Source of the DNA: Anaerolineales bacterium
GTDB taxonomy: Bacteria; Chloroflexota; Anaerolineae; Anaerolineales; UBA11579
Assembly (NCBI GenBank): GCA_021463845.1
Contig: JAJTXV010000002.1
Coordinates: 40,962 to 104,961 of the forward strand
DNA length: 64,000 nucleotides
Direction of reading: 5' to 3'
Shown here: positions 1 to 8,053 of the stretch, in pieces
Numbering within the stretch: position 1 is the stretch's first letter
Layout of the letters: each line of letters begins with the position of its first letter
Notes under the pieces: generated by a model
The model's database searches: none
What the model saw: only the letters and a program-made list of their open reading frames with translations
What the model was told of the DNA's origin: nothing
Translations under genes and position numbers: made by a program

Positions 1-507
1 GTCCTTACTAAGCTCACGCCCATCCCGCAGAACTGCCTGCGGGTAGCTGCCAAACTTGACTTCCATCAACTGGAATGTCGGGCCGCGCATCGTGGAAAGC
101 GCCTTGTCGCGGATCAACGCAGCCAGAACGCTACAGGCTTCGTCACGCGTATCCGCAATGATATTGATACGCTCGAAGTAGTCTGCATCGCCAGGATAGG
201 TTTGGATCTTTGACTGAGCCGCCGAGCCTGAGAGCGCCAGCGCGGTTTCTACTTTGCCGGGCACATCATAAAATTCGACCAGTTTGCCCAATTTTCGGAA
301 ATGGTCCAGGTCCTCTGCGCTGAAGTCCAGCATGCTCAGTCTGTGGCCAAACACGCCTGCCCGCACATCAACGACTACATCGTCCTGGCCGCTTTCGGCC
401 GCTGCGGCAGTGAGCCACTGAAGCGCCTCGGCCTCGTTGATCTGCACGCCCAGTCGCTGGGCCGATTCAACAATTCGCTGCAAGTCCTGCTTAGTCTGGT
501 CAACCAT
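1..507 (-). CDS. Partial CDS (N-terminal ~169 aa; the rest lies left of the window): putative Pol-beta-fold nucleotidyltransferase-like protein
   Basis: The minus-strand frame is open from ATG 507-505 to position 1. It is absent from the ORF track because no stop lies in the window. My translation is MVDQTKQDLQRIVESAQRLG...ALSGSAAQSKIQTYPGDADYFERINI, which contains a G-S-x12-D-x-D NTase-like motif. Its start overlaps the stop of the upstream exonuclease gene by 8 nt (ATGGTTGA). Confidence 0.5.
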   Translation of the reverse strand, partial: MVDQTKQDLQRIVESAQRLGVQINEAEALQWLTAAAAESGQDDVVVDVRAGVFGHRLSMLDFSAEDLDHFRKLGKLVEFYDVPGKVETALALSGSAAQSKIQTYPGDADYFERINIIADTRDEACSVLAALIRDKALSTMRGPTFQLMEVKFGSYPQAVLRDGRELSKD

Positions 508-1057
508 TGCGGGCCTCCTCAATATCCTTAAGAATATCGGCAAACAGCTCTGCACCTTGGCGGGCGTCTTGCTCGGCATTATGGTTCAGCACAGTAGACC
601 GCCCGTAATGGCTGCTCACATGCAGAAAGGCGGTCTCACTCCACGCTACCCCTCGCAAGCCAAAGAACACGGCCTTAATGTCCAGGGCGCGGTGGCCAAA
701 GGGATTATGGCCCAGGTAGCGGTGTAAATAATCGTTGACGAACATCCAGTCAAACGGAGCATTGAAGGCAACGAACACAGGCTCGCCTCCATCCGTATGT
801 GCTTCGACCCAATCAACAAGGCGCTGCAAAGCCTGTCGTGGCGGTTCTCCATTGATAGCTAGCTGAGCCAGATCCAGCTGATGGATGGCGGCTGCCTCTT
901 CGGTCTGGTTTGGCTTATCCGGTTGCAGTTCTACATAGAATGAGGTCATCGGATCGCTGACCAGCGCCGCCCCGATCGATAACAGGGCATAGTCAGCTGG
1001 ATTTGGCCCGGCTGTTTCCACATCGATGCAAATGTACACAGGTTTTTTAGGCGTCAC
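500..1057 (-). CDS. DEDDh-family 3'-5' exonuclease (DnaQ/epsilon-like domain protein)
   Basis: 185-aa ORF with a GTG start. It carries Exo I (CIDVETAG), Exo II (FNAPFDWMF) and Exo III (HNAEQDA) motifs. Confidence 0.8.
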   Translation of the reverse strand: MTPKKPVYICIDVETAGPNPADYALLSIGAALVSDPMTSFYVELQPDKPNQTEEAAAIHQLDLAQLAINGEPPRQALQRLVDWVEAHTDGGEPVFVAFNAPFDWMFVNDYLHRYLGHNPFGHRALDIKAVFFGLRGVAWSETAFLHVSSHYGRSTVLNHNAEQDARQGAELFADILKDIEEARNG

Positions 1058-1114
1058 TCGCGGGATTGTAGCATGCAGGTCAAGCTAGCTTCCCCGCAAG
1101 CCAAAGGTGCGGCC

Positions 1115-1122
1115 TGTATAAT
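1115..1122 (+). promoter_or_regulatory. Extended -10 element TGTATAAT, 6 nt upstream of ATG 1129 (candidate leaderless promoter)
   Basis: TGTATAAT ends at 1122 and the start codon is at 1129. No Shine-Dalgarno sequence fits in between. Confidence 0.35.
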
Positions 1123-1128
1123 CTGCCA

Positions 1129-2988
1129 ATGCTACGAGCCCCCTACTCCATCGCTATCCTGTTGTTTGCACTCATCTTCAGCGCCTGCGCTGGTGCCGGC
1201 CCGGCGGGCACGCCCACTCCCGAGGCCACCGCAACCCCAGATGCACCGCAGACTCTCAACATTTGCATGGGCACCGAACCAAGCTCGCTATATATCTACA
1301 GCGATAACTCCAGCAGCGCCCGCGCCGTACGCCAGGCTTTGTACGATGGCCCCTTCGACTTGCACAACCACATTGCGGAAGGCGTGATCTTCGAAACCCA
1401 GCCAACGCCTAGGGTTCAACCCGTCACCGTGCAACAGGGTGACTTGGTGGTGGATGCCTATGGCCGTGTCACCATCCTTGCGCCAGGCGTGCTCGTGCGC
1501 CCAGCAGGCTGCCAAAGCGGTGACTGCATCCAAGCTTACACAGAGGGCGAGCTCCAGCTCGACCAGGTATCAACAGCATTCACTCTGCAATCCGGCCTGC
1601 GTTGGTCAGACGGCGCGCCGCTTACCGCTCATGATTCTGTGTTCTCGTTTCAGATCGCTTCAGCTGACGAGACCCCTGGCAGCAAGGACATCATTGCCAA
1701 GACCGCCAGCTACACGGCCACAGATGAGCGCACCGCCATCTGGGTTGGCTTGCCCGGCTTCGTGGACCCGCAGGCTGCCACGCGCTTTTGGCATCCGCTG
1801 CCACAGCATACACTCGGCAGCCTGACCCCGTCAGACCTGCTGACCAATGAGCAAGCGACCCGCGCTCCGCTAGGCTGGGGGCCCTACACGCTCACTGAGT
1901 GGAGTGCCGGCGAGCGCATCCAGCTGGCCCGCAATGCTAACTATGCAGGAACTCCACCCAAGTTTGCTGAATTGAATTTTGTCTTCATCGGCAGTGACGC
2001 CAGCAACAGCCTCAACGCGTTGGCAGATGGCCGTTGTGATGTTTTGCTGCCCTCCACGGGTCTGCAAACCCCAGAATCGGCTGGCATGCAGGGCGGCTTT
2101 GTGCCACAAGACCAGTGGCTGCACTTGGTCTTCAGCGTGGCTCCGCAGACCTATGACGATGGCTTTAACCCCTATTCAGACCGCGCCAATTACTTCGGGG
2201 AAGCGGCGATGCGCCTGGCCTTGGCGCAATGTATTGACCGCAACGCGATCACCAGCGCCATCAACGGCACTCCCGCCAGCAACGGCTACCTGCCCGCCAG
2301 CAGTCCTTACACGAACCCCAGCGCAGTCTTGCCCGCCTATGACCCCGCGGCCGCTAACGCCAGCCTGGATGCACTCGGTTGGCTGCTCAGCGAGGACGGT
2401 ACCCGCCGCAGCCAGAGCTTTGCCGGCGCATTGTTCGGCCAGGCGCTGGAGCTGCGCCTGGCCGTCAGCGAAGACCCGCAAGACCTGGCCGTGGCACAGA
2501 TCATCCAGACCAACCTCGCCGATTGCGGCGCTGCCGTAACCATCGAAAGCCTGCCCGCTTCTGAGCTATTTACCACTGGCCCCGAAAGCACGGTCTTTGG
2601 CCGCAATTTCGATCTGGCGTTGTTCTCGTGGCCCTTTGGTGAGCAGCCGGCCTGTTATCTCTTCCTGGGTGAAGCCGTGCCCGGGGCTGACTGGAGCCGC
2701 AGCCACTATGGCTGGGGTGGCTGGAATGCGAGCGGTTGGCGAAACGCGGAGTTCGATACCGCCTGCCACACCGCCTTCAATACATTAGCCAGCGACCCTG
2801 CCTATACCCAGGCCCACCAAACCGCTCACGCCATCTTTACGCAGGAGTTACCAGCACTGCCGCTGGCTGTGCCGTCTAGCGTGGTGGCAGCCCGCCCCGA
2901 CTTCTGCGGGCTGGATGCCGACGCCCTGCCTGGTGAGCGCCTATTGCAAAGCATCGAGAGGTACGGCTACGGCGTCTTGTGCCCGTAA
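1129..2988 (+). CDS. ABC transporter substrate-binding lipoprotein, solute-binding family 5 (peptide/nickel type)
   Basis: 619 aa. The signal peptide has a lipobox (LIFSAC). It has the family-5-like signature GLRWSDGAPLTAHDSVFSF and a typical length. Confidence 0.8.
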   Translation: MLRAPYSIAILLFALIFSACAGAGPAGTPTPEATATPDAPQTLNICMGTEPSSLYIYSDNSSSARAVRQALYDGPFDLHNHIAEGVIFETQPTPRVQPVTVQQGDLVVDAYGRVTILAPGVLVRPAGCQSGDCIQAYTEGELQLDQVSTAFTLQSGLRWSDGAPLTAHDSVFSFQIASADETPGSKDIIAKTASYTATDERTAIWVGLPGFVDPQAATRFWHPLPQHTLGSLTPSDLLTNEQATRAPLGWGPYTLTEWSAGERIQLARNANYAGTPPKFAELNFVFIGSDASNSLNALADGRCDVLLPSTGLQTPESAGMQGGFVPQDQWLHLVFSVAPQTYDDGFNPYSDRANYFGEAAMRLALAQCIDRNAITSAINGTPASNGYLPASSPYTNPSAVLPAYDPAAANASLDALGWLLSEDGTRRSQSFAGALFGQALELRLAVSEDPQDLAVAQIIQTNLADCGAAVTIESLPASELFTTGPESTVFGRNFDLALFSWPFGEQPACYLFLGEAVPGADWSRSHYGWGGWNASGWRNAEFDTACHTAFNTLASDPAYTQAHQTAHAIFTQELPALPLAVPSSVVAARPDFCGLDADALPGERLLQSIERYGYGVLCP

Positions 2989-2996
2989 AGCCGTAG

Positions 2997-3452
2997 TTAC
3001 TTTTCGTTAGCGGCTTGCCAACTGGCGAACACTTCAAGAAGCTCGTTCCAGCCCTGGCCATATCCTTCTGCGTAGCTTGGCACACCCGCGGCGGTCCAAC
3101 CGCTATGGTTCAGGGTAACTTTGGTGAATTCGCCGGTCTGGCTGAACGAGACATCGATCAAGGTCGGAGCGCGGTATTCCTCACCTTTCCAGGTGAGTTG
3201 CAAGTGGTCATGCGGCTGCCAGGCCACCACCTCGCCGATCTGGAATTCCTGCCCATTGGCAAAAACTTCATAGAATCGCCCACCAAGCCGGGGCTCTATA
3301 TGGATCTGGCCAGGCTCTACACCTTCTGGCGCAAAGCTGTAACTAAACTTACCCATGCGCAGCCACCATTCATTGATGTGATTGACAAACGCGTCAAACA
3401 CTTTTGCTTTACTGGCTTTGATCGTAATGCTTACGTTAACACTGTCAGTCAT
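2997..3452 (-). CDS. SRPBCC-fold protein (AHSA1/START-like)
   Basis: The sequence MTDSVNVSITIKASKAKVFDAFVNHINEWW... is typical of this fold. I chose ATG 3452 because a GGAGGA RBS lies 5 nt upstream. It overlaps the ArsR stop by 8 nt, the classic ArsR-SRPBCC pairing. Confidence 0.8.
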   Translation of the reverse strand: MTDSVNVSITIKASKAKVFDAFVNHINEWWLRMGKFSYSFAPEGVEPGQIHIEPRLGGRFYEVFANGQEFQIGEVVAWQPHDHLQLTWKGEEYRAPTLIDVSFSQTGEFTKVTLNHSGWTAAGVPSYAEGYGQGWNELLEVFASWQAANEK

Positions 3453-3768
3453 TTTGATCCTCCACATACTCTTTCAAAGATTGCAGAGCAGTACTCCACA
3501 TTGCCTGCACCTCATCCAGCCAGCTGCCAGCGTCTTGCAAACCCTCAGTGTTGATGGAGTACCACCATTCACGCCCGCGCACTTCCGCCCGCGCAATGCC
3601 GGCTTCACGCAGCACGCGCAGGTGGCGGGAGATGGCTGGCCGCGAAATGCTATAGGGCTGGGCTAGTTGGCCGGCTGTCTGCGGGCCTCTAGCCAACCGG
3701 CGCACAATATCCAGACGGGCCGGATCTGCTAAAGCGAGGAATTTTTGGTTGACGGCCTTGGTAGACAC
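3445..3768 (-). CDS. ArsR/SmtB-family transcriptional regulator
   Basis: 107 aa with a winged-HTH signature (LADPARLDIVRRLARGPQTAGQLAQPYSISRPAISRHLRVLREAGI). GTG start. Confidence 0.85.
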   Translation of the reverse strand: MSTKAVNQKFLALADPARLDIVRRLARGPQTAGQLAQPYSISRPAISRHLRVLREAGIARAEVRGREWWYSINTEGLQDAGSWLDEVQAMWSTALQSLKEYVEDQND

Positions 3769-3773
3769 ACCTA

Positions 3774-3797
3774 ATATGTAACATCTATGTTACATAT
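3774..3797. promoter_or_regulatory. Inverted repeat ATATGTAACAT-CT-ATGTTACATAT, candidate ArsR operator
   Basis: Perfect 11-bp arms lie 6 nt upstream of the ArsR start codon, in an AT-rich patch. Confidence 0.5.
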
Positions 3798-3841
3798 AGT
3801 CAAGTAGACAAATAGACGAGAAAAACTGAGGGGTCTTGGGG

Positions 3842-5131
3842 TCAGCTGGATTGGCCCATGAGCCTGGCAGCCTTACGGCCAATTTCCACCGCAAAGTTGG
3901 TGCCACGGTCCCAGGGGTAGACCTGGCTCATGCTGGCGAAGTACAGGCCGGGCATGGGCGTACGAATATCAGGAATATTGTGCGAGTGATTGACCAGCGG
4001 CACAGGCTGAGCATAGTTGGTCTTGTGTACCCAGATCTTCTTGACCCAGCTGCGATCAAAAGCCGGGTTCACTCGCTGGATGCCGGGGATAAAGCGAGCC
4101 AGCAACTCCTCATCGGTGAGTGAGAAATACTCGTGGCCCACTTCTAAATAATCGCCACAGTAGACAATGTGATCGCCGCCAAAGTGCCGAGCGGAAACAT
4201 AGTTGGTGTGCTCGACCAGCGCCAGGAACGGGAAACCAGCGCTCTTGGGGATGTTGTACCAATAGTAACCTTGCTCAGAGAGCTGGCGGTCCAGCGCCAG
4301 GGTCATCACTACGGCGCCCATGCTTTGCAACTCAAGCAAGCCGCGCAGATAATCGGCGCTCAACTGAGGCGCCAGCTTGGCGAGCAACTGCGGGGAAGTA
4401 GTGACCAAGGCCTGGTCAAAATGCTCTACGCTTTCCTTGCTGCGCAGCTCCAGCCCCCCATCAACTGGCGCAATACTCTCTACCCCGGTCTGCATTTCAA
4501 AACGCACACCCATCTGCTGCAAGCGCTCAGCGAACTGGTCCGCAAAGGCTTGAAAGCCGCCTTCGTAAGTGCCCAGCCGCGTCGTGCGGGCATGTAGGCG
4601 CGCCCACAACCAGGCCATGTTGACCTGCTTGGCAAACGGGCCAAACTTACCTTCAATGAGCGGCAACCACATACTCTCGTATACGCGTTTGCCGGCCCAT
4701 TTACGCATCCAGGCATCCACCGTGCTGCGCTCCAACGGCTTCCAGTTGTTGGTAATACGCAGGAACAAGCCCACCAGGCCGAAACGGATCTTGTCTAAGC
4801 CCCAGCCCAAACCCGGATACAGCAGTGCCGCCGGAATCGAGTCAAATGGATAGAACTTGCCCTGGTGATACACAACCGTATATGGGCGCGGGAACAAGAC
4901 ACGCTCACTCCAGCCCAGTTCCTCGATCAGACCCAACATGTGCTTATCACTGGCAAACCAGTGGTGATAGAACTTCTCAACACTCCAGTCCCAGTGCGGT
5001 TCCTTGAATCCCGCCGCCAGGCCGCCCACGTGCGCCGCCGCTTCAAAGATGGTGACGTCATGCCCCGCCTTGCGCAGGTCGTATGCTGCGGCCATGCCGC
5101 CAAAACCGGCGCCAATAATGGCGATCTTCAT
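3842..5131 (-). CDS. NAD(P)/FAD-dependent oxidoreductase (amine-oxidase/phytoene-desaturase-like fold)
   Basis: N-terminal dinucleotide-binding motif MKIAIIGAGFGGMAAAYDL. Starting at ATG 5131 gives an ATGA overlap with the upstream gene, so the longer track ORF (to 5215) was rejected. Confidence 0.8.
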   Translation of the reverse strand: MKIAIIGAGFGGMAAAYDLRKAGHDVTIFEAAAHVGGLAAGFKEPHWDWSVEKFYHHWFASDKHMLGLIEELGWSERVLFPRPYTVVYHQGKFYPFDSIPAALLYPGLGWGLDKIRFGLVGLFLRITNNWKPLERSTVDAWMRKWAGKRVYESMWLPLIEGKFGPFAKQVNMAWLWARLHARTTRLGTYEGGFQAFADQFAERLQQMGVRFEMQTGVESIAPVDGGLELRSKESVEHFDQALVTTSPQLLAKLAPQLSADYLRGLLELQSMGAVVMTLALDRQLSEQGYYWYNIPKSAGFPFLALVEHTNYVSARHFGGDHIVYCGDYLEVGHEYFSLTDEELLARFIPGIQRVNPAFDRSWVKKIWVHKTNYAQPVPLVNHSHNIPDIRTPMPGLYFASMSQVYPWDRGTNFAVEIGRKAARLMGQSS

Positions 5132-6147
5132 GCCGTCTCCGTGCTGGGTACTTCGCCCCAGCGAATGCCTTCGCGCGCCAGGTAGTAAGCGCCCAGCAAA
5201 GTAATAGGCAGCCACAACGCAATATGCAGCACGAAGGTATAGCTGGTAGCCACTTCTTTTGGCACCCCATACGCTTCCAAGATAGCAATTCCAGGCGCAT
5301 CAAAGGTGCCGATATACCCAGGCGCCGAGGGGATGGTAGTGGCAAGGTTCACCACGCCGTTCATCAGCATCAGCGCAAAGAAGCTCACCTCAAAATTGAA
5401 GGCGTGCATCACGAACCAATATTTACCGGTCTCCAGCAGCCAGATCACCAGCGAGCTGACAAATACCATCAAGACTTCAAACGGGGAGCGCAATGCTTCC
5501 AGCCCGCCCAGGAAGCGGTTGCCCACTTCCAGCACTCGGTTGCGGAAGCGGGGCGGCACCAGCCGTGCGGCAACCCAGCCAAGCAGCCGCTGACTGGCGG
5601 CAGGGAACATGGCCGCCAGCAAAAAAGCCAGCAGAGCGCCAACAAACAGCAGGCTGCCCCAGAAGGCGATCTGCTGGATGCTGAGACCGGCCACCAGACC
5701 GCCGCCGATCTCAGCCAGCTCGCCGAGATTGACAAATATGAAGGCCAGCATCACCACGCCGTCAAAGATGCGCTCAACGATGATGGTGGCCAGCGAGGCC
5801 GAAACCGCCACGCTTTCTTTGCGCTTGAGGATCACCGCCCGCAAAACCTCGCCCGCCCGCGCTGGGTAAATATTGTTGCCCATATACCCGATCGCCACGA
5901 TGGGGAACATAGTGCGGGTAGGCACCGCTTTCAACGGGCGCAGGAGGTAATGCCAGCGCCAGGCCCGCGCCCACACGGCCAGAAAGTACACACCGATGCC
6001 GGGTAGCAGCCATATATAGTCCGCCTGGCGCACCTGTTGCCAGAAATCGCCAAAGTGCATATTGCGCAGCACCAGATACAGGAAGACGACACTGATGCCA
6101 ATGCCCAGCCAGAACTGCCAACGGAACTTGGATTTTGCAGCGCTCAT
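5128..6147 (-). CDS. Lysylphosphatidylglycerol-synthase-TM-region-like (UPF0104, flippase-like) membrane protein
   Basis: 339 aa and polytopic. It has the motif GYMGNNIYPARAGEVLR typical of this family. Confidence 0.7.
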   Translation of the reverse strand: MSAAKSKFRWQFWLGIGISVVFLYLVLRNMHFGDFWQQVRQADYIWLLPGIGVYFLAVWARAWRWHYLLRPLKAVPTRTMFPIVAIGYMGNNIYPARAGEVLRAVILKRKESVAVSASLATIIVERIFDGVVMLAFIFVNLGELAEIGGGLVAGLSIQQIAFWGSLLFVGALLAFLLAAMFPAASQRLLGWVAARLVPPRFRNRVLEVGNRFLGGLEALRSPFEVLMVFVSSLVIWLLETGKYWFVMHAFNFEVSFFALMLMNGVVNLATTIPSAPGYIGTFDAPGIAILEAYGVPKEVATSYTFVLHIALWLPITLLGAYYLAREGIRWGEVPSTETA

Positions 6148-6164
6148 GAAGTTTGCATTCTAGC

Positions 6165-6851
6165 CTAGACTGGCGGCCAGGGCATGTAGCGCTCGTCCTC
6201 GGGTGGGTGCGGGAACACAGGCTGGGCCAGCAGCGCTGCGGCGCGCTGGCGCAGCGCATCCAGCTCAGCCGGGCTGAGGTAGGCAGCCAGCTGCTCAGCC
6301 AGCGGGCTGCCGGCTCTCAGCTTGACCTGCAAACCGCGCATAGCGTCCAGCAACTCAGCCGGGATGGGCTCACCCGCAAAGTCCCACACCACGGTGCGCA
6401 GCTTGGGTTCCTCATGGAAGCAAATGCCGTGATCGATCAGCCAAATGTGCCCGTCCTCACCCAGCAGGATGTGGCCGCCCTTGCGGTCAGCATTGTTGGC
6501 CAGCAGATCAAAGACGGCGGCTGGCCGCAGGCGTTGGCGCACCGCATCCTCGAAGGTGAAGTAGTGCAGCTCCGGGTCGTGCTGGACGCGGTACTGAAGC
6601 GAACCGGGGCCAAACGGCCCCTCAGCGCGCAGGACCGTGGGCGGCACCAGCTGCCAGCCCAGCGCTTCGCTCAGCAAGTAAGCGGCCACCTCGCGGCCAG
6701 CCAGCGTCTCCTGCGGAAAGTCCCACAAGGGTTGCTCGCCTTTAACGGGTTTGTACACGCCTTCCAGTTGGCCGCCGACGCGTGCCAAAAATGTATAGTT
6801 GGAGCCCCAGGTGAACTGGCCCTCCAGTTCGAGCTCCCCCGTTTGCAGCAC
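6165..6851 (-). CDS. SCO1664-family protein (PI3/4-kinase-like fold, function unknown)
   Basis: WGSNYTFLARV...VYKPVKGEQPLWDF...NNADRKGGHIL...IDHGICF resembles the kinase-like SCO1664 family. The start is uncertain. I chose GTG 6851, just after the upstream stop; ATG 6938 is the alternative. Confidence 0.65.
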   Translation of the reverse strand: MLQTGELELEGQFTWGSNYTFLARVGGQLEGVYKPVKGEQPLWDFPQETLAGREVAAYLLSEALGWQLVPPTVLRAEGPFGPGSLQYRVQHDPELHYFTFEDAVRQRLRPAAVFDLLANNADRKGGHILLGEDGHIWLIDHGICFHEEPKLRTVVWDFAGEPIPAELLDAMRGLQVKLRAGSPLAEQLAAYLSPAELDALRQRAAALLAQPVFPHPPEDERYMPWPPV

Positions 6852-6874
6852 TGACAGAACGTGCAGACCGGCCT

Positions 6875-7402
6875 CTAGTGCTTGTGGCCGTTCTTTTTGA
6901 CGCAGAAATGGCCAGCGGGGTCCATCGGTTCGCCGCATTGCGGGCAGGTGGGCCGGCCGCGCGAGGCGATCTCGATGCCCCAGTTGGCCATGCTGCGGAT
7001 CTGTGAGCGCGTGCACCACAAGCGGGCAACGTGCAGGTCATCGCTGCTGGCTTCGGGCGCCTCGACGCCCTCGCGCAACTCCAACGCCACCAGGTCCTGC
7101 TCAGCATCGTAGCCCATGCCGATCTCGGCGGCACGGAAGAGCGGGTCCACCGGAGGGTGGATATGCATCTGCTCCTCGTCGAAATCAGCCGAGGCATTCG
7201 GCAGGTCTACGTGCTTGGTGTTGAGCTCGGCTAGGAACTGCTCAATGGCCACGGCCAGGCTTTGCACCTGCACCTTCTCAACAATCACAGCCACAATGCG
7301 CTCTTCCTTCCAGGCCTGGATATAGAAAACGCGTTGGCCGGCAGGGCCAATGGCATCGGTGGTGATGTGGTCAACGGGGCGAAGTTCGATCAGTTTGGTC
7401 AT
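6875..7402 (-). CDS. DUF3090-family protein with C-terminal zinc-ribbon-like motif
   Basis: MTKLIELRPVDHITTDAIGPAGQRVFYIQAW... ends in CPQCGEPMDPAGHFC. It sits between the SCO1664-like and phosphomutase-like genes, as in the known conserved trio. The track ORF's N-terminal extension was rejected. Confidence 0.7.
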   Translation of the reverse strand: MTKLIELRPVDHITTDAIGPAGQRVFYIQAWKEERIVAVIVEKVQVQSLAVAIEQFLAELNTKHVDLPNASADFDEEQMHIHPPVDPLFRAAEIGMGYDAEQDLVALELREGVEAPEASSDDLHVARLWCTRSQIRSMANWGIEIASRGRPTCPQCGEPMDPAGHFCVKKNGHKH

Positions 7403-7446
7403 AGTGTGCGCGCAGTATAGTCCGTAACGAGAGAAGATTGGAGATT

Positions 7447-8052
7447 TTAAGCCTCCGGCGCCACCCAATTCAAGCGCTCCAGCATGGCGTGCCCATTGTG
7501 AATGTGGAGCGTACTCACGGAGGCGGTGGAGATGTTGAGCCGCTGGAACTGGTCCAGCGGCATACCAGCATAGTGGGCAATGATGAGCTTGATGGGGTCG
7601 GCATGCAGCACGCAGGCAATGATGTCCTTGGGCTTGTGCATGGCGCACAGCGACTCGATTTCGTTGACCAGGCGGGCCTGCTGCTCCAACATGCCTTCAC
7701 CGCCCGGGAAGCGGAACAAGGATGGTTTGCTTTGCAAGACAGCCCAGCGCTTATCGCGCCGCAAGGTCTTGAGCAGCTTACCCTCCCACTCGCCCAAATC
7801 GCTCTCCAGCAAGCCCTTGCGCCTCACGACGTTGAGCTCGCGGGCGGCGGCCAGCGGCTGGGCCGTTTCCACGGCGCGCTCCAGCGGGCTGCTGTAGACA
7901 GCTGCCAAGCGCACATCTTTGAGGGCGGCCGCCAGGGCGGCGGCCTGCGCCTGGCCGCGGGCGTTCAGGTGCACGCCGGGCAAACGGCCTGCCAAACGCT
8001 GCTTCTTTACATAATCATTTTCCCCGTGGCGGATCAACAACACGGTGGGCAT
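7447..8052 (-). CDS. Histidine phosphatase family protein (MSMEG_4193-type putative phosphomutase)
   Basis: It has the RHG catalytic motif (LLIRHGEN), SSPLERAVETA and a late His (VLHADP). Confidence 0.85.
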   Translation of the reverse strand: MPTVLLIRHGENDYVKKQRLAGRLPGVHLNARGQAQAAALAAALKDVRLAAVYSSPLERAVETAQPLAAARELNVVRRKGLLESDLGEWEGKLLKTLRRDKRWAVLQSKPSLFRFPGGEGMLEQQARLVNEIESLCAMHKPKDIIACVLHADPIKLIIAHYAGMPLDQFQRLNISTASVSTLHIHNGHAMLERLNWVAPEA

Positions 8053-8053
8053 G

